Assembly: GCA_965215125.1 (NCBI GenBank)
Contig: OZ244052.1
Coordinates: 544,001 to 608,000 of the forward strand
Length of the DNA stretch: 64,000 bases
Direction: 5' to 3'
DNA from: an uncultured candidatus Porisulfidus sp.
Lineage (GTDB): Bacteria; Pseudomonadota; Gammaproteobacteria; Poriferisulfidales; Oxydemutatoraceae
Shown here piece by piece: positions 20,106-31,981 of this stretch. The notes under the pieces were generated by a model. The model saw nothing but the letters and a program-made list of their open reading frames with translations, searched no databases and was not told where the DNA came from. Position 1 is the stretch's first letter; each line of letters starts with the position of its first letter. The position numbers and the translations under genes are program-made.

Positions 20106-20315
20106 CTAGTTTTGCTTATAACCCTTTATGGTCGGGCCGGGACCACCAAGAGGCGGAGACAATGTGTAGCCGGGAGGCTTGATGTCTATACCTAATTTCT
20201 TTAATTGCGCCTCTAGTTCGTTATATTGATCAATAATGGACTTAGGTACTCGTGTGTTGGTTTTAAGTAATCCCTTTGATGCTTTATATGGATCCTCTTT
20301 TTGTTTGGTGCTCAT
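20106..20315 (-). CDS. Small hypothetical protein
   Basis: 69 aa, ATG preceded by GGAGGA. Confidence 0.55.
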   Translation of the reverse strand: MSTKQKEDPYKASKGLLKTNTRVPKSIIDQYNELEAQLKKLGIDIKPPGYTLSPPLGGPGPTIKGYKQN

Positions 20316-20477
20316 AGTTAAAAATATTCCTCCGTAATTGATAATGTGTGATTCGATGGCTAGCGGGTTGCTCGGATGATTGCCTCAGTGCCACTCTTTT
20401 ATATGCAGGTTCCTTTTGCAAATAGTTTTTCGCCATATCGGGCAGCCCAATTTTTGTACCTCGTACAGAAACGATAC

Positions 20478-20670
20478 GACCACCCCGTCAGGCTACGCCT
20501 GCCACCCCTCCGAAGGAGGGGAATTGACTTGTGCAGAATCTTAGCGACCACCCCATGAAAAGGTTTTATATTTTGCATATATGTTAGGGTTCTGTACGAT
20601 GGCACGCCAATTGACCTGCTGGCTCAATCGGCGGTTCTGTTGCGCCTGCCACCCCTATAAGGAGGGGAAT
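20478..20670 (-). repeat. REP-like mosaic, reverse orientation
   Basis: Reverse-complement units at 20478-20525 and 20606-20670. Confidence 0.85.
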
Positions 20671-20698
20671 GGACGAGCATCGTGCTTGTGGTTCGGTT

Positions 20699-21619
20699 CT
20701 ATTTTTTCAGCTGTTTAATCTCGGCAACGGATAAACTGGTCAATTTTGAAATCGCAGAAACTTCATAACCTTCTTTCAACATGTTCAAAGCGATTTTTCG
20801 GGCTGTGTTTTCTTCGCCTTCTTCTATCAGTTCTTGCTTTCTCAACTGAGCTTCCCACTCACGTTTCTCCCGGGATATAGCGTTCCAATACTCCCTCTGT
20901 TCTTTGGATACTTCCTCTAAATGTTCTAATGCCATCTTCGTCTCTCCATGTTGTGATAAGTAGGCTACCTGCTCGGCTGTCAACTTCGCCGAGTGCTTGA
21001 TAATATAGCACCATCTGTCGGTCATATCAAATAGTTCAAAGTGGTTCTTATTGAACCTATTCAATTCCACGAAGAACATCTTAAACCCCCAGTAAAGTGC
21101 TCTATCCTGATAGCCTTCAAAATAGATATTTGCCTTTTTTATATAATCTTTCTCTGCTTTACTAAGCGCGCTGAACTTGGTAAATATCAGTGAGTAAGTC
21201 GGATTAGTTTTGTTCAGTTTTTGTCCACGCTTTAAGGATTGAATATGTAACTTCGCCCAATAGAACAACATTCTAAACAAGAAGTATTTATGAGGATAGC
21301 CTTGCATCTCTATGTCGACATGCTCACCGCTGTTTAATTTGACATGGAGGTCTAGCACGACCTGTTTGCCATCCGGTGTGTGTGGTGGGATAGCACTGTC
21401 CTGCAGATGTAACTTATCGTCCGATTGACCGGGTTGATTGGTGGTGTCGGATGCGGTGTCTAGTATGTTGGGATTGAGTATCACCATATCCGAAGCACGA
21501 TCGGAGATCGGCAGGAAGCTCTTAAGTAGCGAGAACAATAATTGCTTATTGCTAGAGAAGTATCGCTTAAAGGAAATGTCTTCTGTCAAGTCTAAGTAGC
21601 CGAGATGTTTTTCATCCAT
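20699..21619 (-). CDS. Rpn family PD-(D/E)XK nuclease, paralog of 8202-9170
   Basis: Same motifs; ATG at 21619 chosen from AGGAG RBS and the upstream leader shared with the paralog. Confidence 0.9.
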   Translation of the reverse strand: MDEKHLGYLDLTEDISFKRYFSSNKQLLFSLLKSFLPISDRASDMVILNPNILDTASDTTNQPGQSDDKLHLQDSAIPPHTPDGKQVVLDLHVKLNSGEHVDIEMQGYPHKYFLFRMLFYWAKLHIQSLKRGQKLNKTNPTYSLIFTKFSALSKAEKDYIKKANIYFEGYQDRALYWGFKMFFVELNRFNKNHFELFDMTDRWCYIIKHSAKLTAEQVAYLSQHGETKMALEHLEEVSKEQREYWNAISREKREWEAQLRKQELIEEGEENTARKIALNMLKEGYEVSAISKLTSLSVAEIKQLKK

Positions 21620-21782
21620 AGTAAATCTCCTATAAATTGAGTGTAAAACATCTACCATAAAGCCGGTATTGGGTGCGATGAGAGACAAATGGATGAACGG
21701 TAGTAAATAAGGGTTGAACGGTATGTTAGGGTGATGTGAGGCGGCTGAGTCGCTGCTTGTTGCAGTTGTGCAGACTCTTATC

Positions 21783-21909
21783 GACCACCCCGTCAGGCTG
21801 CGCCTGCCACCCCTCCACAGGAGGGGAATGTACCGACACTATACCTTGTGCAGACCCTTAGCGACCACCCCGTCAGGCTTCGCCTGCCACCCCTCCACAG
21901 GAGGGGAAT
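21783..21909 (-). repeat. Two tandem REP-like units, reverse orientation
   Basis: GACCACCCCGTCAGGC..CGCCTGCCACCCCTCCACAGGAGGGGAAT occurs twice. Confidence 0.9.
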
Positions 21910-21927
21910 TAAAAAGATTGGCCTTGA

Positions 21928-22569
21928 TTATTTTGAATAGTTATTCGGGGGATCTATATCTGCAACCCCCGCCGCAGATTTCCGAGTTTGTGGGTCAATA
22001 TTACTAACGGATATGTCACAGGCTTTCAATACTTGATCTCTTAGTATCAGTCCTAAAACCCGCATTAAATCCCTTATCTGGATACCTTCGTTAAAAGCCA
22101 CATTAGCCAGCTTATCGTATTGCTCTTTATCATTTTTTTCTAAGTCTTTGGGGATTTGGTTTTGCGCAAAATCAAAACAACTTTGCTGTATTTGATAAGC
22201 ATTCATTTCCCGCTTTTTAGCTTTCTTAGTAAGTTTCTCTCTGTATCTATCAGTTATGAACTTTACATCAATCTTTTTAGACAGTGATTCCCCATATTCA
22301 CTCAATGACACCGGGCTATCGCTTCGATATATTGCCTTACCTCTAGAGGCAATCACTTCATCGGAAAGAGTATCTACTCTTTCGATAAGAACATTTATTT
22401 TGTCACGAATTTCCTCTATTGACTTAAGTCCTTTGAGAAGACCTTGTGCGTTTGTTCTGATATCTTCTAAATCTTTCAATTTTGAGTTCGCTGTGACAAA
22501 CCACGCGATAATACCAAAGAGGATTACGAAAGATAAGATATTCTCTAATATATAATTGACTACAATCAT
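21928..22569 (-). CDS. Hypothetical protein, N-terminal TM plus coiled coil
   Basis: 213-aa ORF, AAGGA RBS, hydrophobic residues 1-26. Confidence 0.7.
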   Translation of the reverse strand: MIVVNYILENILSFVILFGIIAWFVTANSKLKDLEDIRTNAQGLLKGLKSIEEIRDKINVLIERVDTLSDEVIASRGKAIYRSDSPVSLSEYGESLSKKIDVKFITDRYREKLTKKAKKREMNAYQIQQSCFDFAQNQIPKDLEKNDKEQYDKLANVAFNEGIQIRDLMRVLGLILRDQVLKACDISVSNIDPQTRKSAAGVADIDPPNNYSK

Positions 22570-22699
22570 TTCATTATCCTTTAACTAACTTTTATTTGTA
22601 CGCAATTATACAATAAATTACTTTGCCCTGCCCTCATTTTTAGAGTCACCCGACACCCCGCCACAGGAGGGGAATCGTACGAGACTACAAAGGAAGGGG

Positions 22700-23086
22700 C
22701 TAGCTTTCTTCTACAGGTGGTGTTTGTTGTTCACGACCGACCAAGCATACATAAGCCATCGGGGCATTATCTCCTTTGCGAAAGCCGTGTTTGAGGATGC
22801 GTAGATAGCCGCCGGGACGTTCACGATAATAGGGGCCGAGGTCGGTGAATAGTTTATTGACTGCCGACTTATCGCGCAGTTTGGCAAAGGCGCGCCTGCG
22901 TGCGGCAACATTATCGTTCTTAGCGAGCGTGATGATAGGTTCTATAACTCGTCTTAATTCTTTCGCTCGGGTAAGCGTTGTGTGTATTTTCTCGTGTTCA
23001 ATCAGCGATACCGACATATTTGCAAAGAGGGCTTTGCGGTGTGACGGGGTGATATTGAGTTTTCTGCCCGAATTAAGATGGCGCAT
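22700..23086 (-). CDS. rplQ: 50S ribosomal protein L17
   Basis: MRH..SGRKL, GGYLRI; operon position. Confidence 0.97.
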   Translation of the reverse strand: MRHLNSGRKLNITPSHRKALFANMSVSLIEHEKIHTTLTRAKELRRVIEPIITLAKNDNVAARRRAFAKLRDKSAVNKLFTDLGPYYRERPGGYLRILKHGFRKGDNAPMAYVCLVGREQQTPPVEES

Positions 23087-23098
23087 GGTTTTCTCGTC

Positions 23099-24103
23099 TT
23101 AATCTCTGCCGGGGCGACCTGCCGTCCAGTTAGAGGCTAATTGAGCCGGCGGCCAATTTTCAATTTCCATGCCTAAGCGCAGGCCGAAATCGGCAAGCAT
23201 ATTCTTGATCTCGGTTAAAGACTTTTTACCTAAATTGGGTGTTCTCATCAAGTCCATTTCCGATCTAATCACCAAATCGCCCAAGTAGTATATTTTCTCG
23301 GATTTCAAACAATTTGCCGAGCGTACGGTCAAGTCAACTTCCTCGACCGGCTTCATCAAGAGTTCGTCTATTTCATTTTTGCTACTTTCTTGCTCGGTGA
23401 TTTCAATTTCTTCAAGATTAACGAAAACATTCAACTGGGAATGTAGCGTTATTGCTGCTTGGCTAACAAGTTCCTCTGCGCTGACCGTGCCGTTGGTCTC
23501 TAACTCTAATATCAGTTTATCCAAATCGGTACGGTCGCCCACACGGGTGCTCTCGACATTGTACGATACCTTTTTGATCGGGCTGAAACTGGCATCGAGT
23601 AATAAGCTACCTACGACTTGATTTTCTTTTTTCTCTTTGCGCACGACCGCCGGCTGGTAGCCTCGCCCTTTTTCAATCCACAGATCCATTTCCAGTTCGC
23701 CCCTATCGCTCAGATGTGCGATAATATGGTCTTTATTGGCGATTTCAACCGTCTCTTCTATTTGTATATCGGCACCGGTAACCACACCCTTGCCTTTTTT
23801 ATGCACACGCACCATCGTTGCGTCTTTCTCGTATAGCCTAATTGCCAGTCCTTTCAAATTGAGCAGTATATCTATGACATCTTCCTGCACACCTTCGAGT
23901 GTGGAATATTCGTGCAATACATTAGCGATTTTTGCTTCCACAACGGCGGCACCGGTCATTGCCGAAAATAAAACGCGACGCATGGCATTGCCTAGGGTAT
24001 GCCCGAAACCGCGCTCCAGCGGCTGTATACAAACACGTACGTGATTGTCGGAAAATCTTTGTATTTCAACCGAACCCGGTCTTAATAAATTAGTATAGCT
24101 CAC
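23099..24103 (-). CDS. rpoA: RNA polymerase alpha subunit
   Basis: [23 protein letters not shown]. Confidence 0.98.
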   Translation of the reverse strand: MSYTNLLRPGSVEIQRFSDNHVRVCIQPLERGFGHTLGNAMRRVLFSAMTGAAVVEAKIANVLHEYSTLEGVQEDVIDILLNLKGLAIRLYEKDATMVRVHKKGKGVVTGADIQIEETVEIANKDHIIAHLSDRGELEMDLWIEKGRGYQPAVVRKEKKENQVVGSLLLDASFSPIKKVSYNVESTRVGDRTDLDKLILELETNGTVSAEELVSQAAITLHSQLNVFVNLEEIEITEQESSKNEIDELLMKPVEEVDLTVRSANCLKSEKIYYLGDLVIRSEMDLMRTPNLGKKSLTEIKNMLADFGLRLGMEIENWPPAQLASNWTAGRPGRD

Positions 24104-24125
24104 GCTTGCCTCCTGATCATTGAGT

Positions 24126-24746
24126 TTATTTGGAGTACAGCTCTACTACGAGCGACTCGTTAATTTCTTGGGGTAAATCGGAACGTTGCGGATAAGATTT
24201 GAATTCCGCTTCAAAGGCTTTGGTATCAACCTTAATCCATTCTACAAAACCGAGCTGCTCGGCAATGTCTATTGCGTCTTTGATTCTAAGCTGTGCTTTT
24301 GCCTTATCGGTAATTGCAATCTTATCGGACGGTTTAACTTGATACGAGGGTATATTGACTACGATGCCGTTGACCATAACCGCTTTATGACTCACCAGTT
24401 GACGACATTCCGCACGGGTAGAACCGAATCCCGAACGATATACTACGTTATCTAATCTACCCTCCAATAGACGTAATAAATTCTCGCCGGTAGAACCTCT
24501 TTCTTTGGCAGCTTTCTTGTAGTAATTTCTGAATTGTCTCTCAAGCACGCCGTAAATACGACGCAATTTTTGTTTTTCTCGTAGCTGTATACCGTAATCG
24601 GTTTGTCGCGGACGTCTCTCTAGTTGTGGCCCGGGCGGTCTCGACATATTGCATTTTTTGTCTAAAGAACGACCGCGACCTTTCAACATCAAGTCTGTAC
24701 TTTCGCGTTTGCTAAGTTTGCATGTAGGACCTAAATAGCGTGCCAT
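24126..24746 (-). CDS. rpsD: 30S ribosomal protein S4
   Basis: [21 protein letters not shown]. Confidence 0.98.
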   Translation of the reverse strand: MARYLGPTCKLSKRESTDLMLKGRGRSLDKKCNMSRPPGPQLERRPRQTDYGIQLREKQKLRRIYGVLERQFRNYYKKAAKERGSTGENLLRLLEGRLDNVVYRSGFGSTRAECRQLVSHKAVMVNGIVVNIPSYQVKPSDKIAITDKAKAQLRIKDAIDIAEQLGFVEWIKVDTKAFEAEFKSYPQRSDLPQEINESLVVELYSK

Positions 24747-24759
24747 CGTTTCCGTCTCC

Positions 24760-25155
24760 TCAAATCCTGCGTTTCTTAGGAGGTCTGCACCCGTTGTGCG
24801 GCAGCGGCGTCACATCGGTAATGCTGCGAATACTAAAACCGACTGCATGCAATGCGCGTATAGCCGACTCTCGGCCGGGACCGGGACCTCTGACTTGCAC
24901 TGTCACGCGCTTGACACCGTATTGCTGTGCTCGTTCCGCCGCTTGAGTCGCTGCGATCTGTGCGGCAAACGGCGTGCTTTTACGCGAACCTTTGAATCCT
25001 GCGGCACCGGCACTAGACCAGCACAGGGTATCGCCTGTGGGGTCGGAAATGGTAACGATAGTATTGTTGAAAGAAGAGTTGATGTGGGCTATCGCCTCGG
25101 GTACTTCTTTCTTTATTTTCTTACGTGTTTTGGTTTTAGTCTTTGCTTTTGCCAT
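24760..25155 (-). CDS. rpsK: 30S ribosomal protein S11
   Basis: [24 protein letters not shown]. Confidence 0.98.
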   Translation of the reverse strand: MAKAKTKTKTRKKIKKEVPEAIAHINSSFNNTIVTISDPTGDTLCWSSAGAAGFKGSRKSTPFAAQIAATQAAERAQQYGVKRVTVQVRGPGPGRESAIRALHAVGFSIRSITDVTPLPHNGCRPPKKRRI

Positions 25156-25164
25156 AGTGTCGTT

Positions 25165-25521
25165 TTACTTCTTCATTTGTCGTCTGGGTCCTTTGCGGGT
25201 ACGCGCATTGGTTTTGGTGCGCTGACCGCGTACCGGCAACCCGCGTCTGTGTCGTATGCCTCTATAGCACCCTAAATCTCTAAGTCGTTTGATATTCAGG
25301 CTGATATCGCGGCGCAAATCGCCTTCTATCGTATAATTCGTAACTTCCTGGCGCAATTTGTCTAAATCGCTATCGGACAGTTCTTTGATTTTGCGGCTGG
25401 GTTCGATCTTCGTATTCGCACAAATTTCGCGTGCACGGGTTCTGCCGATGCCGAATATGGCGGTTAAAGCAATCTCGGCGTGCTTATTATCGGGTATATT
25501 AACTCCTGCTATACGTGCCAT
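25165..25521 (-). CDS. rpsM: 30S ribosomal protein S13
   Basis: [25 protein letters not shown]. Confidence 0.98.
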   Translation of the reverse strand: MARIAGVNIPDNKHAEIALTAIFGIGRTRAREICANTKIEPSRKIKELSDSDLDKLRQEVTNYTIEGDLRRDISLNIKRLRDLGCYRGIRHRRGLPVRGQRTKTNARTRKGPRRQMKK

Positions 25522-25563
25522 ACTCTAAAAGTTTCCTGCTTTAGTTGTTGAAAAAAACGCATT

Positions 25564-25592
25564 ATTATAAACCGCTTAAGGCTGTTTGACTA
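25564..25592 (-). promoter_or_regulatory. Candidate sigma70 promoter of the alpha operon
   Basis: TAGTCA-17 bp-TATAAT upstream of rpsM. Confidence 0.55.
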
Positions 25593-25599
25593 GCTTTAT

Positions 25600-25713
25600 T
25601 TAGCCTTGCCGTTGCTTATGGCGAGGATCTTTGCAGATCACCCGCAATACACCTTTCCTGCGTAATAACTTGCAGTGGCGACATATTTTCTTAACCGATG
25701 CACCTACTTTCAT
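25600..25713 (-). CDS. rpmJ: 50S ribosomal protein L36 (not in ORF track)
   Basis: [37 protein letters not shown], between secY and rpsM. Confidence 0.96.
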   Translation of the reverse strand: MKVGASVKKICRHCKLLRRKGVLRVICKDPRHKQRQG

Positions 25714-25723
25714 AATACCTCCG

Positions 25724-27061
25724 TCATACTAATCTACGGCTTGCACCGCGGCGCTGTTTCAGGTTTGCTTTCTTAAGCAAACCCTCGTATTGATGAGACA
25801 TTAGGTGGGTCTGTAATTGCCCCATAAAATCCATAATAACAACAACAATAATCAACAAGGATGTGCCGCCGAAATAAAACGGCACATTCCACGATAAAAT
25901 CAAAAACTCGGGCAATAAACAAACCAAAGTGATATAAATAGCTCCCATCACCGTCAAACGGCTCAGTATATTATCTATATAGGTTGCGGTCTGCTCGCCG
26001 GGGCGTATACCCGGAATAAACGCACCGCCTCGCTTTAAGTTATCCGCCGTTTCTCTAGCATCAAACACGATCGCGGTATAGAAAAAACAAAAGAACATAA
26101 TCGCAAAAGCATAAAAAGCGATATAGAGCGGCTGACCGGGTGCCATTGCATTGGATATCTCCGATAGCCATCCCATCCCTTCGGCGCGACCGAACCATTG
26201 GCCTAGGGTTGCAGGAAACAAAATAATACTTGAAGCAAAGATCGGCGGAATCACGCCTGCCATGTTGAGCTTGAGCGGGAGATGACTGGACGGTGCGGAA
26301 AATAGCCTTTGCCCGCGTTGTTGTCTCGCATAGTTTATAGTCACTCGCCGTTGTCCTTTCTCGGCAAATACCACAAAAGCGGTCACCGCAATCGCTAAAA
26401 ACAAAATTAGCATAACCAAAGGCGGAGCCAGTTCGCCGGTGTTGGCCAACTCTAGGGTGCCGCCGAATGCAGCGGGTAGCCCGGCAACGATACCGGCGAA
26501 GATCAATATAGAGATGCCGTTGCCTATTCCTCTTTCGTTAATCTGCTCTCCGAGCCACATTAGAAACATCGTCCCGGTAACCAAAGAAATAGCAACCACC
26601 GCAATAAAACCAAAGCCGGTAATGTAAGATACATTTTGACTTTGCAATGCGATGGCAACACCTATCGCTTGAAAGGTTGCAAGCACAACCGTGCCGTAGC
26701 GAGTATATTTGGTAATGGTGCGGCGACCTTGCTCGCCTTCCTTCTTGAGTTCTTTGAGGTAGGGTATGATTGCCGACATCAGCTGCATAATAATCGCCGA
26801 AGAGATATAAGGCATCACGCCCAACGCAAACAAGCTTAACCTTTCCAACGCACCACCGGAAAACATGTTGAACATCGCCAAGATAGTACCGCTTTGCTGC
26901 TCAAAAAATTGTGCCATTTGAACGGGGTCTATACCCGGCACCGGAATAAAACTGCCTAAACGAAAAATTACCAAAGCCAGCAATACGAAACCGATTCGTC
27001 TTTTGAGCTCACCGTACTTGCTACCCGCAATGTTTGCCATTTGTGCCGCTGCTGCAACCAT
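25724..27061 (-). CDS. secY: Preprotein translocase SecY
   Basis: [33 protein letters not shown]. Confidence 0.98.
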   Translation of the reverse strand: MVAAAAQMANIAGSKYGELKRRIGFVLLALVIFRLGSFIPVPGIDPVQMAQFFEQQSGTILAMFNMFSGGALERLSLFALGVMPYISSAIIMQLMSAIIPYLKELKKEGEQGRRTITKYTRYGTVVLATFQAIGVAIALQSQNVSYITGFGFIAVVAISLVTGTMFLMWLGEQINERGIGNGISILIFAGIVAGLPAAFGGTLELANTGELAPPLVMLILFLAIAVTAFVVFAEKGQRRVTINYARQQRGQRLFSAPSSHLPLKLNMAGVIPPIFASSIILFPATLGQWFGRAEGMGWLSEISNAMAPGQPLYIAFYAFAIMFFCFFYTAIVFDARETADNLKRGGAFIPGIRPGEQTATYIDNILSRLTVMGAIYITLVCLLPEFLILSWNVPFYFGGTSLLIIVVVIMDFMGQLQTHLMSHQYEGLLKKANLKQRRGASRRLV

Positions 27062-27062
27062 T

Positions 27063-27506
27063 TTATTCCACCTTCCCGCCGAGCGACTCTATTTGCACAC
27101 GCGCCCCTTTGCTGAGCTTCACACCTTTGACGGTCAAAGTTTTTTCTAAACTGCCCGAGACGATTATTTTTGCTTTCTCGGTTTGCTTAGAAATAATCTT
27201 TGCTTCTTGCAATGCTTTTATATCGCATACATCGCCCGATAATTTATTCAACTCGTGCAGTTTTACTTCGGCGCATCCGACAATTCTGGAAGAGAAGCCG
27301 ACCTTGGGCAATCGTCTCTGTAAAGGCATTTGCCCACCCTCGAAACCAACCTTATGATAGCCGCCGGAACGAGATTTTTGACCTTTGTAGCCCCGTCCGC
27401 AGGTTGTTCCGAAACCCGAACCGTTGCCGCGTCCGACCCGCTTACGTGCGGCCTTTTGCCGACTTCCCTTAATCGTATTTAAGGTTAAGGATGGATGCTC
27501 AGACAT
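27063..27506 (-). CDS. rplO: 50S ribosomal protein L15
   Basis: [15 protein letters not shown]. Confidence 0.97.
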   Translation of the reverse strand: MSEHPSLTLNTIKGSRQKAARKRVGRGNGSGFGTTCGRGYKGQKSRSGGYHKVGFEGGQMPLQRRLPKVGFSSRIVGCAEVKLHELNKLSGDVCDIKALQEAKIISKQTEKAKIIVSGSLEKTLTVKGVKLSKGARVQIESLGGKVE

Positions 27507-27687
27507 TTTCTTCCACCCGCAGTAAATAATTAATTTTGTTGATCATTCCACGATTTTCCGGCGTATCTATCACCCACACCGGATTATGCATACGCCTGAT
27601 GCCCAGACCTTGCGCACACGCTTTGTGTTTTTTCAATCGCCCGTTTAGGCTCTTGACTAGAGTCAATTTGATTCGTTTATCACTCAT
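27499..27687 (-). CDS. rpmD: 50S ribosomal protein L30
   Basis: TLVKS..GR, RGMINK; operon position. Confidence 0.95.
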   Translation of the reverse strand: MSDKRIKLTLVKSLNGRLKKHKACAQGLGIRRMHNPVWVIDTPENRGMINKINYLLRVEENV

Positions 27688-28190
27688 GGCAATATATCCT
27701 TGACATCGAGACCTCGTTTTGCAGCAATGTCTTGCGGCGAGTAGATGTTTTGTAGACCGTTCAATGTCGCCTTAACAATGTTGATCGGGTTTCTTGACCC
27801 TATGCACTTGGCAAGTACGTTATGTACGCCTATAACCTCAAACACCGCCCGCATTGCGCCGCCGGCGATGATACCGGTACCTTCGGATGCCGGCGACAGA
27901 TAGACTTTGGCAGCCCCGTACTTTCCTACGATAGGATAATAAAGCGTGTTATTGTTCAAAGAGACTTCTATCATTTCTCGGCGCGCGCTTTCCATTGCTT
28001 TGTGAATCGCCATCGGCACTTCTTTGGCTTTGCCGTAGCCTATGCCGATTTTACCGGCACCATTACCGACAACGGTCAGCGCGGTAAAACCGAATTGCCT
28101 GCCTCCTTTGATGACTTTGGCGACGCGGTTTACCACAATGAGCTTTTCCAGCAAGCCGTCCGTTGATTCAGCTATTTCTATATTAGACAT
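27684..28190 (-). CDS. rpsE: 30S ribosomal protein S5
   Basis: [19 protein letters not shown]. Confidence 0.97.
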   Translation of the reverse strand: MSNIEIAESTDGLLEKLIVVNRVAKVIKGGRQFGFTALTVVGNGAGKIGIGYGKAKEVPMAIHKAMESARREMIEVSLNNNTLYYPIVGKYGAAKVYLSPASEGTGIIAGGAMRAVFEVIGVHNVLAKCIGSRNPINIVKATLNGLQNIYSPQDIAAKRGLDVKDILP

Positions 28191-28192
28191 CT

Positions 28193-28543
28193 CTAAAATT
28201 CCATGCCGTTTTCGCGCATCGCATCGGCTAAAGATCGAATACGTCCATGATACTTGAAGCCCGATCGATCAAAAGCGATACGTGTGATACCACAATCTTT
28301 AGCTTTGGCAGCCATCATCTCGCCGACTTTACGCGCTGCCGCTTTTTTGTCACCGCGCTCGTTAAAAGATTTGCCGACGGTAGAAGCCGAAGCTAAGGTC
28401 TTGCCGCTCGGTTCAATCAACTGCGCATAAATATGCTGCGGGGTTTTATGGATGCATACGCGATGCGTATCTTTGAGACGCGCGATTCTCGCACGTGTTC
28501 TGCTTACACGTTTGACGGACGATGCGGTATGTTTTGCTCTCAT
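28193..28543 (-). CDS. rplR: 50S ribosomal protein L18
   Basis: [16 protein letters not shown]. Confidence 0.97.
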   Translation of the reverse strand: MRAKHTASSVKRVSRTRARIARLKDTHRVCIHKTPQHIYAQLIEPSGKTLASASTVGKSFNERGDKKAAARKVGEMMAAKAKDCGITRIAFDRSGFKYHGRIRSLADAMRENGMEF

Positions 28544-28553
28544 CTATATAGCC

Positions 28554-29081
28554 CTACTTCTTCTTAGCTTCTTTTCTGGTTATTTGCTCGCCGGCATAGC
28601 GCAAACCTTTGCCCTTATAGGGTTCGGGTGGACGAAAGGCGCGAATTTCGGTTGCGACCTGCCCTACTTTTTGTTTGTCTATGCCTTTGACCACAATCTC
28701 GGTGGCACTCGGTGTCTCTACCGTAACACCCTCGATTACCTGATAATCTACGGGGTGTGAAAAACCTATTTGCAAATTCAATTTGTCCTTGCCTTTAGCT
28801 TGCGCCCTATACCCTACCCCGACTAGTTCAAGCTTACGCTCAAAACCTTCTGCCACACCCTGGATCAGGTTGTTGGTCAAAGCGTGCATCGTCCCGGCGA
28901 GTGCTTTACCATCGCGCTCGGCACTAAACATAATACCTTCGTCTTTTAATTCAAATTGAACCATTTCGTGTATCTCCAATGTGTTTTCACCCTTTTTGCC
29001 TTTGGCGCGTATTTTTTGTCCTTCTATTTTAACTTCTACACCGTCGGGAATAATGACCGGTTTTTTAATCAATCTAGACAT
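28554..29081 (-). CDS. rplF: 50S ribosomal protein L6
   Basis: Start at MSRLIKKP; RPPEPYKGKG. Confidence 0.97.
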   Translation of the reverse strand: MSRLIKKPVIIPDGVEVKIEGQKIRAKGKKGENTLEIHEMVQFELKDEGIMFSAERDGKALAGTMHALTNNLIQGVAEGFERKLELVGVGYRAQAKGKDKLNLQIGFSHPVDYQVIEGVTVETPSATEIVVKGIDKQKVGQVATEIRAFRPPEPYKGKGLRYAGEQITRKEAKKK

Positions 29082-29082
29082 C

Positions 29083-29481
29083 TTATTCCACCACGCATAA
29101 AATTTCACCGCCGCATTTGATCGCTTTTGCTTTCTTGCCGCTGATTACGCCTTTAGAAGTAGAACAAATCACCGTCCCCATACCTCCCATTATTTGAGGG
29201 AAGTCGTCGACCCGTCTATAAAGCCTAAGCCCCGGACGGCTGACGCGCCGTATCTTCGATATGACCGGTTTGCCTTTATAGTACTTAAGTTCTATCGTTA
29301 ATTCCTTTTTATCCATAGCTTGAGTATCTTCGCGATACCCCTTGATATAGCCCTCTTCGTGTAACACCTTGGCGATAGCACATTTCAATTTGGAACTCGG
29401 CATGCTCACCGTTGCTTTGGCTCTCGCCTGTGCGTTCCTGATGCGGCTCAGCATATCGGCAATCGGATCACTCATACTCAT
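29083..29481 (-). CDS. rpsH: 30S ribosomal protein S8
   Basis: DPIADML.RIRN, SRPGLR. Confidence 0.97.
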   Translation of the reverse strand: MSMSDPIADMLSRIRNAQARAKATVSMPSSKLKCAIAKVLHEEGYIKGYREDTQAMDKKELTIELKYYKGKPVISKIRRVSRPGLRLYRRVDDFPQIMGGMGTVICSTSKGVISGKKAKAIKCGGEILCVVE

Positions 29482-29499
29482 TACATCAACCTCGCTATA

Positions 29500-29805
29500 T
29501 CACCAACTGGATTTCATTAAACCGGGTATATAACCCAGCATTGCGTATTCGCGCAGTTTGTTGCGCCCTAAACCGAATTTGCGGTAGTAGCCCTTGGGAC
29601 GTCCGGTGATACGGCAACGGTTGCGCATTCTGGATGGACTTGAATTGCGCGGCAATTTCTGCATTGCAACGACTGCTTCGGCTTTCTCATGCGCAGGCGT
29701 ATGTGGACTTTTGATCTTTTGCCTCAATTCGTCGCGACGCGCTTTATACTTCTGAACCGTCAACTTACGCTTCTTTTCTCGTTCTATCATACATACTTTA
29801 GCCAT
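29500..29805 (-). CDS. rpsN: 30S ribosomal protein S14 (long, Zn-independent type)
   Basis: 101 aa; LPRNSS..R.RNRC..TGRP. Confidence 0.97.
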   Translation of the reverse strand: MAKVCMIEREKKRKLTVQKYKARRDELRQKIKSPHTPAHEKAEAVVAMQKLPRNSSPSRMRNRCRITGRPKGYYRKFGLGRNKLREYAMLGYIPGLMKSSW

Positions 29806-29810
29806 TGTTT

Positions 29811-30353
29811 CTAATCCTTAAACGGGAAATTAAATGCCGAAAGCAGATGCTTGGCTTCCTCGTCGGTATCGGCACTCGTCGTAATTGCGATGTCTAAACC
29901 ACTAATTTTGCTGATTTTGTCAAAATCAATCTCGGGGAAAACAATCTGCTCTTTAATCCCCATATTAAAGTTGCCGCGCCCGTCAAAAGCCCTGGAACCG
30001 AACCCTCTGAAGTCTCTGATTCTGGGGATTGCGATATTAACCAAACGTTCAAAAAAGTCATACATCATGTTACGACGCAAGGTAACCATGCAACCTATAG
30101 GCCACCCTTCGCGTATGCCGAAACCGGCAATTGCCTTGCGCGCCTTCGTCACCACCGCCCGTTGCCCGGAGATCAATGCCATTTCTTCTTGTGCGACTTT
30201 GAGGTTGCTCTTGTCTTTAGCCGAATCACCCAAGCCCATATTCAAAGTGATTTTGACCAATCGGGGTACCGCCATAGGGTTTGTATATCCCGGGGTCTCC
30301 ATCAACTGTTTGACAACCGTCTGTTTATAAAACTCAGCCATGCGCGACATCAA
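29811..30353 (-). CDS. rplE: 50S ribosomal protein L5
   Basis: [14 protein letters not shown]. Confidence 0.97.
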   Translation of the reverse strand: MMSRMAEFYKQTVVKQLMETPGYTNPMAVPRLVKITLNMGLGDSAKDKSNLKVAQEEMALISGQRAVVTKARKAIAGFGIREGWPIGCMVTLRRNMMYDFFERLVNIAIPRIRDFRGFGSRAFDGRGNFNMGIKEQIVFPEIDFDKISKISGLDIAITTSADTDEEAKHLLSAFNFPFKD

Positions 30354-30667
30354 TCTATCTCCTGGTCGCTACGCTTAAAATAGCGTACTTTCTTGCCGTC
30401 TTCCTTGATCCTGAAACCGACACGCTCGCCTTTATTGGTTTTTGCGTTGTACAGCATTACATTGGATATATGCAAGGGGCTCTCTTTCTCTACGATGCCG
30501 CCTTGCTCGCCTTTATCGGGATTCGGCCGCACCATTTTCTTGACGATATTGACATTTTCCACCAACACCGTGTCGTCCGCAGACATGATGCGTAATACTC
30601 TTCCTTGTTGACCTTTACTTCTACCGGAAATCACGGTCACTTGATCTCCTTTGCGTATTTTTTTCAT
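30350..30667 (-). CDS. rplX: 50S ribosomal protein L24
   Basis: KIRKGD.V.VISG KOW motif. Confidence 0.97.
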   Translation of the reverse strand: MKKIRKGDQVTVISGRSKGQQGRVLRIMSADDTVLVENVNIVKKMVRPNPDKGEQGGIVEKESPLHISNVMLYNAKTNKGERVGFRIKEDGKKVRYFKRSDQEID

Positions 30668-30676
30668 TTACTATAC

Positions 30677-31045
30677 TCACAAAACTTCCGGTGCTAAAGA
30701 AATAATCTTCATAAATTTTTCGGTGCGTAATTCTCGGGTCACCGGCCCGAAGATACGCGTGCCTATAATCTGCATCTGATTATCCAAAAGCACTGCTGCG
30801 TTGGTATCAAAGCGCACTAAAGAACCGTCGGCGCGCCGCACACCTTTACAGGTGCGCACTATAACCGCGCTATAAACTTCGCCTTTTTTGACTCTGCCGC
30901 GTGGAATCGCTTCCTTTACGCTCACCTTGACTACATCGCCCACATTCGCATATCGGCGACGCGATCCTCCCAGAACTTTGATACATTGTAGTTTTCTTGC
31001 ACCACTATTATCGGCTACTTTCAAAAAAGTCTCAACCTGTATCAT
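30677..31045 (-). CDS. rplN: 50S ribosomal protein L14
   Basis: [21 protein letters not shown]. Confidence 0.98.
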   Translation of the reverse strand: MIQVETFLKVADNSGARKLQCIKVLGGSRRRYANVGDVVKVSVKEAIPRGRVKKGEVYSAVIVRTCKGVRRADGSLVRFDTNAAVLLDNQMQIIGTRIFGPVTRELRTEKFMKIISLAPEVL

Positions 31046-31353
31046 GTTTCAGCCTCTGCGCCTTGCTCTTGCAAGGTTTCCGCGGGGGTGTCGCCGGACC
31101 CACGCCGCACGATCTCTACAAGACGCCACGCCTTCGTTTTAGATTTACGCGGACTTGCGATAATTTTAACCAAATCACCGACCTGTCCTTCGTTGGCTTC
31201 GTCGTGTACATGCAACTTGCCGGATCGGGTAATATATTTTCCGTAGGTCGGGTGACGTAGCTGGCGTTCAATCATCACGATCACCGTCTTATCGGAACTT
31301 TTTTTGACGATGTTGCAGATTATAAAATGTTTTGTTTTCTGTTCGCCACTCAC
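31042..31353 (-). CDS. rpsQ: 30S ribosomal protein S17
   Basis: DKTV.V, HP.YGK, SKTK.W. Confidence 0.95.
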   Translation of the reverse strand: MSGEQKTKHFIICNIVKKSSDKTVIVMIERQLRHPTYGKYITRSGKLHVHDEANEGQVGDLVKIIASPRKSKTKAWRLVEIVRRGSGDTPAETLQEQGAEAET

Positions 31354-31550
31354 GACTGCTCCTTTTCTTTTTGCCTTAGCAAAGTCTTGATACGCGCAAT
31401 ATCGCGCCTATAACTCTTAAAGCGGCTACATTGGGCACTGTTACGGTCTCGTCCTTGTAGCTCCAGCTTGAGCTTTTTCTCTACAAGTTCTCTTAAATCC
31501 ACTTGTAGATCTTCCGGGGTCTTGTTGAGTAATTTAGAGTATTTCATCAC
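31350..31550 (-). CDS. rpmC: 50S ribosomal protein L29
   Basis: RRDIARIKT; operon position. Confidence 0.93.
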   Translation of the reverse strand: MMKYSKLLNKTPEDLQVDLRELVEKKLKLELQGRDRNSAQCSRFKSYRRDIARIKTLLRQKEKEQS

Positions 31551-31960
31551 ATAATCACCCGACTGGTAAAAGTGGTGCGTATAGGCAACTTGGATCCTGC
31601 CAGCTTAAAGGCTTCGCGTGCGATATCCTCCGGAACACCTTCTATTTCATAAAGCATCTTGCCGGGCTTGATCAGTGCCACCCAATATTCAACATTTCCT
31701 TTGCCTTTACCTTGTCTTACTTCTAAAGGCTTTTTGGTAATCGGTTTATCGGGAAATATACGAATCCAAATCTTGCCTCTGCGTTTGACATAGCGCGTCA
31801 TCGCCCGACGCGCAGCTTCTATTTGCCGCGATGTGATGCGGCCGCGGGTAGTCGCTTTCAGGCCGAATTCACCGAAGCTGACTTTGTTGCCGTTGACTGC
31901 CAAACCTCTGTTGCGGCCTTTTTGCTGTTTCCTATATTTAGTTTTATTCGGTTGTAACAT
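31547..31960 (-). CDS. rplP: 50S ribosomal protein L16
   Basis: [13 protein letters not shown]. Confidence 0.98.
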   Translation of the reverse strand: MLQPNKTKYRKQQKGRNRGLAVNGNKVSFGEFGLKATTRGRITSRQIEAARRAMTRYVKRRGKIWIRIFPDKPITKKPLEVRQGKGKGNVEYWVALIKPGKMLYEIEGVPEDIAREAFKLAGSKLPIRTTFTSRVIM

Positions 31961-31981
31961 TTCTCTTGAGGCTCAAGCCGG

